Virus record (IMG/VR): IMGVR_UViG_3300040770_000334
Span: 46,017 to 110,016 of that record
Strand: one strand, 5' to 3'
Length of the DNA: 64,000 nucleotides
Source: a virus
Position numbers and translations under genes: made by a program
The notes under the pieces: model-generated
The model's input: the letters and a program-made list of their open reading frames with translations, nothing else
Told to the model about the DNA's origin: nothing
The model's database searches: none
Part shown: in pieces, positions 1-9,577 of the stretch
Position numbering within the stretch: the stretch's first letter is position 1
How the letters are laid out: every line of letters starts with the position of its first letter

Positions 1-357
1 GTTGGTCAACCAACTATTATGCATAATGGTGGTGAAGGGTTTAAATATGGAGTTAGGTTAATTTTCCATTTAGGTGGTAAATCAACATCGTCAGCAAAAA
101 AATTAACAGCGGTTAATGGTGGTAGGTCATATCAATTTGGTGTTACTACAGATATTGAGGTTGTTAAAAATCACGTAAATGGAACTACGTTGTCTGGTTC
201 TATATGTTCAACACCACATGGGTTTCTTGACCCACTTGAAAAGAATGCTTACGTTAAGGAAAACAATAAATATATTAACGAAAAGTTAGGTACTGATTAT
301 TCTGATTTTGAAATAAAAGAGGAAGCTTTAGCTAAAGATGCTTACTCAAACCAATAA
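1..357 (+). CDS. uvsX: RecA/UvsX-like recombinase, C-terminal part (runs in from the window edge)
   Basis: Frame is open from base 1; GGEGFKYGVRLIF and TDIEVVKNH resemble RecA GGNALKFYASVRL and VKVVKNK. Confidence 0.7.
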   Translation, partial: VGQPTIMHNGGEGFKYGVRLIFHLGGKSTSSAKKLTAVNGGRSYQFGVTTDIEVVKNHVNGTTLSGSICSTPHGFLDPLEKNAYVKENNKYINEKLGTDYSDFEIKEEALAKDAYSNQ

Positions 358-359
358 CG

Positions 360-524
360 ATGGAGTTCTTAATACATTGGGTTGGATGGATTATAATATT
401 TCATGCGGCAGATTATAATAGATTTAAAAATGGTGATAGTATAATAAAACCATTTAGTAAAGACCATTGGTACCAAATAGTTTTAATACTAATTGCTGCC
501 ATATTATTAAAAGTAGAATATTAA
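360..524 (+). CDS. Small putative membrane protein (54 aa, not in ORF track)
   Basis: ATG360..TAA524, MEFLIHWVGWIIIF...YQIVLILIAAILLKVEY; fills the gap between two genes. Confidence 0.5.
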   Translation: MEFLIHWVGWIIIFHAADYNRFKNGDSIIKPFSKDHWYQIVLILIAAILLKVEY

Positions 525-541
525 TCTATAAAGATAGAACT

Positions 542-1582
542 TTGAGTCAAAGACCACCACGTAACGGTGAAAAAAGAGAGAAAATACAGAATACGTTATT
601 GGTAGATGGAAATGCCCTGTTTAAAACAGGGTTTTTCGGAGCCAAAACAATGTACAACCGAGATGGTGTGCATATCGGTGGAGTTTACCAATTTTTTACG
701 ACATTACGTAAAATGTTAACTGATGAACTATACCATAGAGTATATGTTTTTTGGGATGGTAATTATAGCGGTTTACTCAGATATGAGTTATACGAACCCT
801 ATAAAAGTGGGCGAGGTAAAGACTACAAAAACGGTACCCAACCGATTGATGAGTCAGAGCTAAGTCAGAGAAGAATTGTGTGGGAATACCTAAACGAAAT
901 GTATATTAGGCAGTTAAAACATGAGGTAATTGAGGGTGATGATTATATCGCAGCATACTGTTTACAGAGAAAATCTAATGAAAAAATAACTATTGTTAGT
1001 AATGATAGAGATATGTGTCAGTTAGTTAGCGAAAATGTGAAAATATATTTCGTTGATTTAAAGAAATATATTGACTCAACCAACTTTTCTTCGTATTTTT
1101 GTCACCACCAAGAAAACTCAGTTTTAATGAAAACAATGCTTGGGGATGCTAGTGATTCAATAAAAGGAATCAAAGGATTGGGTGAAAAAGGATTGTTAAA
1201 TATGTTCCCAGAATTAAATGATAGGAAAGTAACTTTAAATGAAATAATAGACAGTGCGAAACAACAACAATTAGCTAGGCTTGAAGCCAAAAAAAAACCT
1301 CTTAAGGTGTTAACAAACATAGTTGATGTTATAACAGATGGTGTGCAAGGGTCGAAACTTTACGAGATAAACGAAAAGTTAGTTGACCTAAGTAAACCGC
1401 TACTAACTGAAGATGGTTTAAGAGAGTTAGAACAATTAATTGATGGTACGCTTGATTCAAGTGGTCGAGAATTAAAAAATGTTCTTATGATGATGAAAAG
1501 AGATGGATTAGATAAAGCAATCGGTGACTATAGATATCCCGAATTTCTAATGCCTTTCAAACAATTGATAACGAGAGAATAA
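542..1582 (+). CDS. 5'-3' exonuclease / flap endonuclease (T4 RNase H, PolA 5'-nuclease family)
   Basis: LLVDGNAL, VFWDG, EGDD, SNDRD, GDASDSIKGIKGLGEK (H3TH) motifs; start placed at TTG542 after the small ORF. Confidence 0.85.
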   Translation: MSQRPPRNGEKREKIQNTLLVDGNALFKTGFFGAKTMYNRDGVHIGGVYQFFTTLRKMLTDELYHRVYVFWDGNYSGLLRYELYEPYKSGRGKDYKNGTQPIDESELSQRRIVWEYLNEMYIRQLKHEVIEGDDYIAAYCLQRKSNEKITIVSNDRDMCQLVSENVKIYFVDLKKYIDSTNFSSYFCHHQENSVLMKTMLGDASDSIKGIKGLGEKGLLNMFPELNDRKVTLNEIIDSAKQQQLARLEAKKKPLKVLTNIVDVITDGVQGSKLYEINEKLVDLSKPLLTEDGLRELEQLIDGTLDSSGRELKNVLMMMKRDGLDKAIGDYRYPEFLMPFKQLITRE

Positions 1583-1593
1583 ATAAAAAAAAT

Positions 1594-2079
1594 ATGAGTA
1601 CAAATAATACAACTTACTTAGGTAAAAAAATGGAAGATAAAAGGTTCGAGTTTGTTTTATACATAAACAATCACATTATCTGTCAAAGATATTTTAATAT
1701 CCGTGATTATAACGAGAATTCGGTAAATTCATTAGATATGAAGGAATTAATGAATAGTATAACTGGTATGCACAATGGTGCTTTTGGTGAAATGGGTCTT
1801 ATACCAAACCACTTGAAAAATAAAACAATTGATTACTTGTGGGGTAATTATAACCCTTTCTATTTACAAGGTGATGAAGGTAGTAAAAATAACTACGATA
1901 AAATTGATAATTTTCAATTTGAGATTAAAGTGGATAAAGTTTCTGTTGGTAAAAGTGAATTTTCTGGTAACGTATTCCCACCTAAAGTTAGATACGCTGT
2001 GGATATCAAAGAAATTATCCCTTCAATTATTAATGAAATTTGTTACTTTCTAAGTCAAGAAAGTTACGTTACTGCATAA
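1594..2079 (+). CDS. Hypothetical protein
   Basis: 161-aa ORF, A-rich leader, followed by hairpin CATAACC/GGTTATG. Confidence 0.7.
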   Translation: MSTNNTTYLGKKMEDKRFEFVLYINNHIICQRYFNIRDYNENSVNSLDMKELMNSITGMHNGAFGEMGLIPNHLKNKTIDYLWGNYNPFYLQGDEGSKNNYDKIDNFQFEIKVDKVSVGKSEFSGNVFPPKVRYAVDIKEIIPSIINEICYFLSQESYVTA

Positions 2080-2140
2080 CCTTAACGGTTATGTAATGGC
2101 GTATTAAAATAACAAATTTGATAAATGGTAGAGTTTAATT

Positions 2141-3532
2141 ATGGTTAAGATTAATAAAGATAAATTTGGGTATTTAGGGTTTGATTACCAATTAAGGTTG
2201 ATGGCTCAAATACTAACCGACACCAAATTTGCAAATGCTATAATAGATATTGTTGACCCAAATTACTTTGATGATGAATATCTTAAAATAATAGCGGCTG
2301 TGATAAAAGATGCTAAGGTTGCATATGATATCATTCCAGATATTGGAAGTATAGAGTTTAGGCTTTTAGAGGATGTGACTAATGATATGCAGCGTAGAGC
2401 AGTTCTTATTCAATTGGGTAAGATTAAAGAGGCTAATCTTAATGATACTTTAAAAGTTCAAGACATCGCAATGAAGTTTTGTAAACAACAAGAGTTAAAG
2501 AAGTCGATTAAGGAGATAAATAAAATTATTGAAAAAGGTAATTTAGACGATTATCAACAATGTGAAGTTATTTTAAGAAAAGCTTTGGAATACGGTGACA
2601 TGAAAGATGATGGTATGCTTATCTTTGATAAAATTGATTCTGTTTTAACAGAAGATTTTAGGAGCCCAATTCGTACTGGTATTAAAGGCTTGGACGAAGT
2701 AATGTCTGGTGGTTTAGCAAAAGGTGAGTTAGCAGTTATTTTGGCACCATTTGGTGTTGGTAAGACAACTATGATGACAAAGATAGGTAACACAGCGGTA
2801 AGTGATGGTAAAAAAGTGTTACAAATATTTTTCGAGGATAACCCAAAAGTTATACAAAGAAAACATTTAGCGTGTTGGTCTGGTTACGATTTAAATAGTT
2901 TATCGCTACACGGTGGTGAATTGATGGAAATGTGTGATAAAATGGAGACTGATTTTAGTAAAAATGGTAGTTATTTGATGCTTAAAAAATTCTCAAGTGA
3001 TGGTACGACAATACCAAAAATTAGAACATATGTTAGAAAACTAATAGCACAAGGTAATAAACCAGACATAATATTACTTGATTACATTGATTGTGTTGAA
3101 CCATCAAAAACTTTTACTGATGTGAACGCTGGTGAAGGAAGTGTTATGAGACAATTCGAATCAATGTTAGCTGAGTTAGATATCGCTGGATGGACAGCTG
3201 TACAAGGAAATAGAAGCTCTATTGGTGCCGAACTTGTTCAAGCTGACCAAATGGGTGGTTCGATTAAAAAAGGGCAAATTGGTCACTTTATTGTGTCTAT
3301 AGCCAAAACACTTGACCAAAAAGAAAATGGAACCGCTACAATGGCGATATTAAAATCTAGGTTTGGTAAAGATGGTATTATATTTAGCGATATAGTATTT
3401 AATAATGCAACGATTCAAATCGAAATGAGTAGTGATAACCAAGTGGGTACAAGTAATGGTGACCATAAAAAAAATGTCGAGAAGAACAACGTTAATAGAG
3501 TAAGAGAAATAATGGAAGCTAGAAAAAAATAA
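2141..3532 (+). CDS. dnaB: Replicative DnaB-like (SF4) helicase
   Basis: Walker A APFGVGKT, DYID, QGNR, LKSRFG motifs. Confidence 0.9.
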   Translation: MVKINKDKFGYLGFDYQLRLMAQILTDTKFANAIIDIVDPNYFDDEYLKIIAAVIKDAKVAYDIIPDIGSIEFRLLEDVTNDMQRRAVLIQLGKIKEANLNDTLKVQDIAMKFCKQQELKKSIKEINKIIEKGNLDDYQQCEVILRKALEYGDMKDDGMLIFDKIDSVLTEDFRSPIRTGIKGLDEVMSGGLAKGELAVILAPFGVGKTTMMTKIGNTAVSDGKKVLQIFFEDNPKVIQRKHLACWSGYDLNSLSLHGGELMEMCDKMETDFSKNGSYLMLKKFSSDGTTIPKIRTYVRKLIAQGNKPDIILLDYIDCVEPSKTFTDVNAGEGSVMRQFESMLAELDIAGWTAVQGNRSSIGAELVQADQMGGSIKKGQIGHFIVSIAKTLDQKENGTATMAILKSRFGKDGIIFSDIVFNNATIQIEMSSDNQVGTSNGDHKKNVEKNNVNRVREIMEARKK

Positions 3533-3557
3533 TATAAAAAAATAAAAACTAAAAAAA

Positions 3558-4511
3558 ATGATTGAACCAATATTAATAAGTAATGATAATAGATTTGTTT
3601 TATTTCCGATAGAGCATAACGATATATGGGATTATTACTTAGAACAAAAATCGGCAATGTGGACCGCAGAAGAATTAGATTTATCAAAAGATATCGACCA
3701 CTGGGATAATAAGCTTAACGATAACGAAAGACACTTTATTAAAAACGTATTAGCTTTTTTTGCTGCTTCTGATGGTATTGTAAACGAAAATCTTGCGATA
3801 AATTTTCTAAATGAAGTCCAGTATACTGAGGCAAAGTTTTTCTATGGTTTCCAAATTATGATGGAAAATATACATAGCCAAGTCTATTCTTTATTGATAG
3901 ATACTTACATTAAAGATACTGCTGAAAGAAATAAATGTTTTAAGGCGGTTGAATATATGCCACCAGTTAAGAAGAAAGCTGACTGGGCGTTACAATGGAT
4001 TGAATCAGATTCATTTGTTGATAGATTAATAGCATTCGTTGCTGTTGAGGGCGTGTTTTTCAGTGGTTCATTCTGTAGTATTTTCTACCTTAAATCTAGA
4101 GGTTTAATGCCAGGTTTATGCGATAGTAATGCTTTTATTTCAAGGGATGAGGCAATGCATTGTGATTTTGCGATTCATTTGTTGAATAACCATATTGTAA
4201 ACAAACCAACAGAGGAAAGAATTAGAAAAATTTTATTATCAGCATTAGATATTGAGAAAGAGTTTATCACCGAATCACTACCAGTTTCATTAATTGGTAT
4301 GAACAGTGAATTAATGAGACAATATTTAGAGTTTGTTGTTGATGGATTATTAGTTCAATTAAACTGTAAAAAAGAGTTTAATAGTAAAAACCCATTTGAG
4401 TTTATGAACCAAATAGCGTTAAAAACAAAACAGAATTTCTTTGAGGGTCGTTCTAGTGAATACAAAGCGGCTGATTTAAGTGGACCAATAGCTTTTGACG
4501 AAGAAATTTAA
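3558..4511 (+). CDS. nrdB: Ribonucleotide reductase class Ia beta subunit
   Basis: [37 protein letters not shown] di-iron motifs. Confidence 0.95.
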   Translation: MIEPILISNDNRFVLFPIEHNDIWDYYLEQKSAMWTAEELDLSKDIDHWDNKLNDNERHFIKNVLAFFAASDGIVNENLAINFLNEVQYTEAKFFYGFQIMMENIHSQVYSLLIDTYIKDTAERNKCFKAVEYMPPVKKKADWALQWIESDSFVDRLIAFVAVEGVFFSGSFCSIFYLKSRGLMPGLCDSNAFISRDEAMHCDFAIHLLNNHIVNKPTEERIRKILLSALDIEKEFITESLPVSLIGMNSELMRQYLEFVVDGLLVQLNCKKEFNSKNPFEFMNQIALKTKQNFFEGRSSEYKAADLSGPIAFDEEI

Positions 4512-4523
4512 AAAAAAATATAT

Positions 4524-6830
4524 ATGAAAATTACTAAAAGGAATGGGTCTCAAATAGATTTTAACCCTAATAAAATCTTATTAAGAATAAAAAAACAATC
4601 AGTCGGGTTGTTAGTTAATGCAGATGAATTGTTTATTAAAGTTACGCAAGGTATTGCCGACAATATGACAACAAGTGAACTTGATGATTTGATATCAATT
4701 GTTGCTGAATCATTAGCAATGAACCATCCAGATTATTCAAAAGTTGCTGCTAATATAGCTATAACTAAATTACATAAAGAAACTGATGATTCTTTCATGA
4801 AATCAGTTAAGCGACAATATAATGCTGGTTTATTAAATGAAGCATACTTTGCCAAGGTAAAAGAAAAAATTGAACTTATTGAGTCAGTAATTGACTATTC
4901 AAGGGATTTCCAATTTGATTATTTTGGTTGGTGTTCTTTAAAGGATATCTACCTTTTAAAGATAGGTGATGTTATCGCTGAAAGACCACAACAAATGTAT
5001 GTTAGAATCGCTTTATCTGTTACGGATACTGATGAGGATTTTATCGAGAAGTATCTAGATTTAAGTTCACAAAAAGAAAGTCCAGCAACACCTTTAAAAA
5101 TAAATATCGGTACTAAAATTGGCCAAATTGCATCATGTAACTTATCAATTGTTTCTGACGACTCTACCGATGGGTTATTGGATATGTTGAATAGAATATC
5201 AGTATCGTCATCTAAAGCTGAAGGTATTGGGTTAGCTGTATCAAATATTAGGTCAAGACAAAGTAATGTCGGTAAATCTAATGGTAAAGCTGGTGGTATT
5301 TTGAAATATTTAAAAGTTGTGAATGAAGCACTTAGATTTTGGAACCAAAGAGGTAAAAGACCAGGTTCTTGTGCCGTTTATATCGAACCATGGCATAAAG
5401 ACATTTTTGACGTTTTAGATATTAGAAAGAAAACTGGTGATGAAACGTTAAGGGCTCGTGACTTATTTTCAGCGTTATGGATTCCAGACAATTTTATGCG
5501 AGCAGTTGAAACAAATTCAGATTGGTACTTATTTTGTCCTAATGACATTAAAATAGCTGGTTTAAAGCCTTTTTATGAAATTTATGGTACTGAGTATGAG
5601 GAAGAGTATAATAAAGCCGTAGAACTAGGCATTGGTACTAAGATTAAAGCACATGACCTTTGGTTAAAGATAATCGAGTCACAAATTGAAACTGGTATGC
5701 CATATATGTGTTTTAAAGACCATGCTAATAATAAATCAAATCAAAAAAACTTTGGTGTGATACATTCTAGTAATCTTTGTGCCGAGATTATGGAAGTGAC
5801 TGATAAAGATACGACAGCTATCTGTACCCTTACATCAATTCCGTTACAGAAATTTATTGTTGATGGTGTATATGATTTTGATGAGTTAGGTAGAGTTACC
5901 CGTTCAATAACAAAATCTCTTAATATAGCTATTGAAATTAACGACTACTCAACAAAAGAGGGTAGAAAAGGTGGTTTAGAACAAAGAGCTTTAGGTATAG
6001 GTTCTCAAGGGTTAGCTGATGTCTTTGCTATTCTTAAACTACCATTTACATCAGAGAAAGCTAGAGCGTTAAATAAAGAAATTTACGAGACAATTTATTT
6101 TAATGCGCTGCGACAATCATGCGATTTAGCTAAAGCTACTGGTTTAACTTACCATCACTATGAAGGGTCACCAATATCGAAAGGTATTTTCCAATTTGAT
6201 ATGTGGGGTTTTAAAGCTAGTGAGTTAAGCGGTAGACACGATTGGGTTAAACTAAAACGAGATATCATTAAGCATGGTGTTAGAAATTCATTGGTGACTT
6301 GTGAACCACCTACGGCTAGTTCTGCTAGGGTTATTTCATCTAATGAGGCATTTGAACCATTTACATCTAACCTTTATGTTAGAAAAGTTACTGGTGGTGA
6401 GTTTGCAATTGTAAATAAACATCTAGTTAAAGAATTAGAGGCTGAGGGTTTATGGAATAGAACGATGCTTAATGAATTGATTAAAAATAATGGTAGTATT
6501 CAAAATATACCTACTATTAGTCAAGAACTAAAGGATATTTATAAAACAGTTTGGGAATTATCTCAAAAATCGTTGATTGAAATGTCAGCTGAAAGAGGAC
6601 CATTTGTTGACCAATCACAAAGTCTTAATATATTCTTTTCAACACCAACTGTTGGTAAATTAACGACAGCACATACATTGGCTTGGAAACTAGGACTTAA
6701 AACTGGACAGTACTACTTACGAAGTGAGTCGGTTGATGTTAAATCTAAACATTTAGCGATTGATTTATCTGAAGTTAAACCAGAGAAACCAACTGATAGT
6801 CAGTTTGAGTGTTTTGGTTGTGGTACTTAG
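4524..6830 (+). CDS. nrdA: Ribonucleotide reductase class Ia alpha subunit with ATP cone
   Basis: N-terminal ITKRNG ATP cone, SCNL, SNLCAE, AICTL, PPTASS, YYLRS, C-terminal CFGCG. Confidence 0.95.
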   Translation: MKITKRNGSQIDFNPNKILLRIKKQSVGLLVNADELFIKVTQGIADNMTTSELDDLISIVAESLAMNHPDYSKVAANIAITKLHKETDDSFMKSVKRQYNAGLLNEAYFAKVKEKIELIESVIDYSRDFQFDYFGWCSLKDIYLLKIGDVIAERPQQMYVRIALSVTDTDEDFIEKYLDLSSQKESPATPLKINIGTKIGQIASCNLSIVSDDSTDGLLDMLNRISVSSSKAEGIGLAVSNIRSRQSNVGKSNGKAGGILKYLKVVNEALRFWNQRGKRPGSCAVYIEPWHKDIFDVLDIRKKTGDETLRARDLFSALWIPDNFMRAVETNSDWYLFCPNDIKIAGLKPFYEIYGTEYEEEYNKAVELGIGTKIKAHDLWLKIIESQIETGMPYMCFKDHANNKSNQKNFGVIHSSNLCAEIMEVTDKDTTAICTLTSIPLQKFIVDGVYDFDELGRVTRSITKSLNIAIEINDYSTKEGRKGGLEQRALGIGSQGLADVFAILKLPFTSEKARALNKEIYETIYFNALRQSCDLAKATGLTYHHYEGSPISKGIFQFDMWGFKASELSGRHDWVKLKRDIIKHGVRNSLVTCEPPTASSARVISSNEAFEPFTSNLYVRKVTGGEFAIVNKHLVKELEAEGLWNRTMLNELIKNNGSIQNIPTISQELKDIYKTVWELSQKSLIEMSAERGPFVDQSQSLNIFFSTPTVGKLTTAHTLAWKLGLKTGQYYLRSESVDVKSKHLAIDLSEVKPEKPTDSQFECFGCGT

Positions 6831-6851
6831 TAGTATAACAGATTAAATTTT

Positions 6852-6884
6852 AAAAAGGCCCACTATAAGTAGTGGGCCTTTTTT
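6852..6884 (+). terminator. Rho-independent terminator
   Basis: AAAAAGGCCCACTA-TAAG-TAGTGGGCCTTTTTT. Confidence 0.85.
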
Positions 6885-6943
6885 ATTTTACACATTTACT
6901 TATAAAAAAAAATTACTATTATATTTATTTATAAACAAATAAT

Positions 6944-7330
6944 ATGAGTAATGGTCGTTTTATCAATATAAACTATCCCTTCAAGGATAGTGCTAAAGGT
7001 TTCTTCTTAGATTTAAATTCAGACAATGCTTCAGCTATTAAGGCTGATTTAATGCATTTAATATTAACTAGAAAAGGTCAAAGGTTATATAACCCAGATT
7101 TTGGGACAGATTTATTAAGGTATATCTTCGAACCAGAAGATGATGTCAGTTTAATGCAAGTTAAAGAAGAAATAAACAATGTTGTTAAGAAATATTTACC
7201 TAAACTACAGATAAATGAGATAATGGTCGACCAATCAACTGAAAGTGAATATGCTGCTGTTGTAAGGATTGACTATACTATAACAGATGACGTATTCGAT
7301 ACAAAAGATTTCGTTGTGATTAATTTATAA
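6944..7330 (+). CDS. Baseplate gp25/GPW-like protein
   Basis: ILTRKGQRLYNPDFGTDL..YIFEP signature, 128 aa. Confidence 0.85.
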   Translation: MSNGRFININYPFKDSAKGFFLDLNSDNASAIKADLMHLILTRKGQRLYNPDFGTDLLRYIFEPEDDVSLMQVKEEINNVVKKYLPKLQINEIMVDQSTESEYAAVVRIDYTITDDVFDTKDFVVINL

Positions 7331-7354
7331 TAAACAAATACAAAAAATAGAATT

Positions 7355-9178
7355 ATGGCAAATAAGGGGATAGGATACAATAGTAGGAATTTCGCTGATA
7401 TAAGAACCGATTTGGTTAATATGGTAAGACAGTATTACCCAGACATATTTAACGATTTTAACGATGCTTCAGTAGGTATGATGTTACTTGAACTAAATGC
7501 GGCTGTTGGTGATATGTTATCATTAAATACCGATAGAATGTTCCAAGAAACACAAATAGATTACGCTAAAGAACGTAAATCTGTTTTATCTATGGCAAGA
7601 ACTTTTGGTCTTAAAATACCAGGAAAACGTCCAAGTATAACAATTGTTGATTTTACAGTAACTCTACCAGTGTTGGGTGACACATTTGATGTGTCTTACG
7701 CACCGTTAATTAGGGTTGGTTCACAAGTGAGTGGTGCTGGTAAATTATTTGAAACAACTAATGATATTGATTTCTCTAGTCCATTTACAATTGGTGGTAT
7801 CCCAAATAGATTAATATTACCTAATTTTGACAGTAACGGTTCTTTAATTAACTATACTTTAGTTAAACGAGAATTAGTCACTAATGGATATAGTAAAGTG
7901 TTTAAAAGAGTGATTGACTCATCAGACGTTAAACCATTTTTAGAGGTAATATTACCAGATGACAATGTGTTGTCAATTGAATCGGTAATAACTATAGCTG
8001 GTACTAACTCAAATAAGGAGCCAAACCTAGACCAATTTTTAAATTTAAACAATAAATGGTTTGAACTAGATTCATTAGCGGAAGATAAAGTGTTTATTGA
8101 AGATAACACAAGAATTAGTGATAATTCTGGTATAAAACCAGGAAAATGGATGTCTATAACTAGAAAATTTATACATGAATATACTGATTTAGGTTTTTCT
8201 AAATTAATTTTTGGTGGTGGAACACAAGATACCAGCAGTTTAAACAATTTTGATACCAATAAAGCATTGGTTAATCAGATTGGTAATTTTATTAATAATA
8301 TGTCTTTAGGTGTTACACCTACAGCTAACACAACTATGTTTATCAAATATCGAGTAGGTGGTGGTGGGGATACAAACCTAGGACCAAATGTTTTAACTGG
8401 TCTGGGGATAATCAATATGTCTATTGATGGTGAAAACGCTACTATTAATAATGCAGTTAAGTCTTCGTTAAAGGTAAATAATACTTTCCCAGCTTTAGGT
8501 GGTAGGGATATTCCTAGTGTTGCAGAAATAAAGAATTTGGTTAAATATAATTTTTCGGCTCAAAATAGAGCTGTTACAATTAAAGATTACCAATCTAGAA
8601 TTAGTTTAATGCCTGGTAGATTTGGAGTTCCATTTAGAAGTGGCGTTTTTGAAGAGCAAAATAAGGTTAAGGTATACATTCTAGGGTTAAATAATGAAAG
8701 TAAGCTAACAAACTCATCAACTACTGCTTTAAAGGAAAACATATCAAATTATTTATCTGATTATAGAATGTTAAATGATTATGTTGAGATTAATAATGGT
8801 AGAATAATAAATATAGGTTTCCAGATAGATTTATTTATCGATAAAAAAGCTCCACAGTCACAAATAATATCCCAAGTTATTAATAATGTTCAAGAATATA
8901 TGAATATTAACAATTTCAGTATGGGTGATAATATTTATTTATCGGCATTAATTGAACTGATAAATAATGTTGGTGGTGTTATGAACGTTATTGACCTTAG
9001 AGTTTATAATAAGGTAGGTAATGGATTGTATAGTATAAATGAGATATCACAACAATACGCTGATAATGAAACTAGACAAATTGATTTATCTAGTGATTAT
9101 ACATTATTTGGTGAACCAACAAGTATGTTTGAAGTACTAATTCCAGCGAAGGATATCATTGTTAGAGTAAAATCGTAA
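7355..9178 (+). CDS. Baseplate wedge protein (T4 gp6 / baseplate-J like)
   Basis: FNDASVGMMLLEL, KYRVGGG, GGRD, FSAQNRAVTIKDY motifs; follows gp25-like gene. Confidence 0.8.
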   Translation: MANKGIGYNSRNFADIRTDLVNMVRQYYPDIFNDFNDASVGMMLLELNAAVGDMLSLNTDRMFQETQIDYAKERKSVLSMARTFGLKIPGKRPSITIVDFTVTLPVLGDTFDVSYAPLIRVGSQVSGAGKLFETTNDIDFSSPFTIGGIPNRLILPNFDSNGSLINYTLVKRELVTNGYSKVFKRVIDSSDVKPFLEVILPDDNVLSIESVITIAGTNSNKEPNLDQFLNLNNKWFELDSLAEDKVFIEDNTRISDNSGIKPGKWMSITRKFIHEYTDLGFSKLIFGGGTQDTSSLNNFDTNKALVNQIGNFINNMSLGVTPTANTTMFIKYRVGGGGDTNLGPNVLTGLGIINMSIDGENATINNAVKSSLKVNNTFPALGGRDIPSVAEIKNLVKYNFSAQNRAVTIKDYQSRISLMPGRFGVPFRSGVFEEQNKVKVYILGLNNESKLTNSSTTALKENISNYLSDYRMLNDYVEINNGRIINIGFQIDLFIDKKAPQSQIISQVINNVQEYMNINNFSMGDNIYLSALIELINNVGGVMNVIDLRVYNKVGNGLYSINEISQQYADNETRQIDLSSDYTLFGEPTSMFEVLIPAKDIIVRVKS

Positions 9179-9230
9179 CTATTTCCTTATTCGTATAAAA
9201 TAGTATATTTGTTTAAATAAATAAAAAAAA

Positions 9231-9572
9231 ATGAGTTGTAATTGTAAAACAGAATTAAGCGACAGCTATGATATAGAGGAAGTTGAGGTTGAAAAAATTA
9301 GTTTAGTTAATCTAGTTATTAGTTATGTGGTAAAAATGTTTGGGTTTCTAATATTATTATTAGGCTTACCAATAATAAATTTAGTTTTAGTTTGGTTCAT
9401 GTTCAATACTTTAGTGTTAACTAAAAGTGTTGATATTGCACCATTATTAACTAAAATTGGTCGAAAATTTTCAAATAATGAAGATGACGATGAAGAATAT
9501 GAAGATGAAGATTTAACTGAGGATGATGTTACAGTTATGAATGTTGAAGATATAACAGAAAAAGGTAAATAA
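9231..9572 (+). CDS. Putative membrane protein with acidic tail
   Basis: Long hydrophobic stretch VVKMFGFLILLLGLPIINLVLVWFMF; D/E-rich C-terminus. Confidence 0.7.
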   Translation: MSCNCKTELSDSYDIEEVEVEKISLVNLVISYVVKMFGFLILLLGLPIINLVLVWFMFNTLVLTKSVDIAPLLTKIGRKFSNNEDDDEEYEDEDLTEDDVTVMNVEDITEKGK

Positions 9573-9577
9573 AAAGT

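Noticed and set aside
2141-6830. Inteins or introns in dnaB, nrdB or nrdA
   Set aside because: Lengths are normal, motifs are contiguous and no intein splice motifs are seen.
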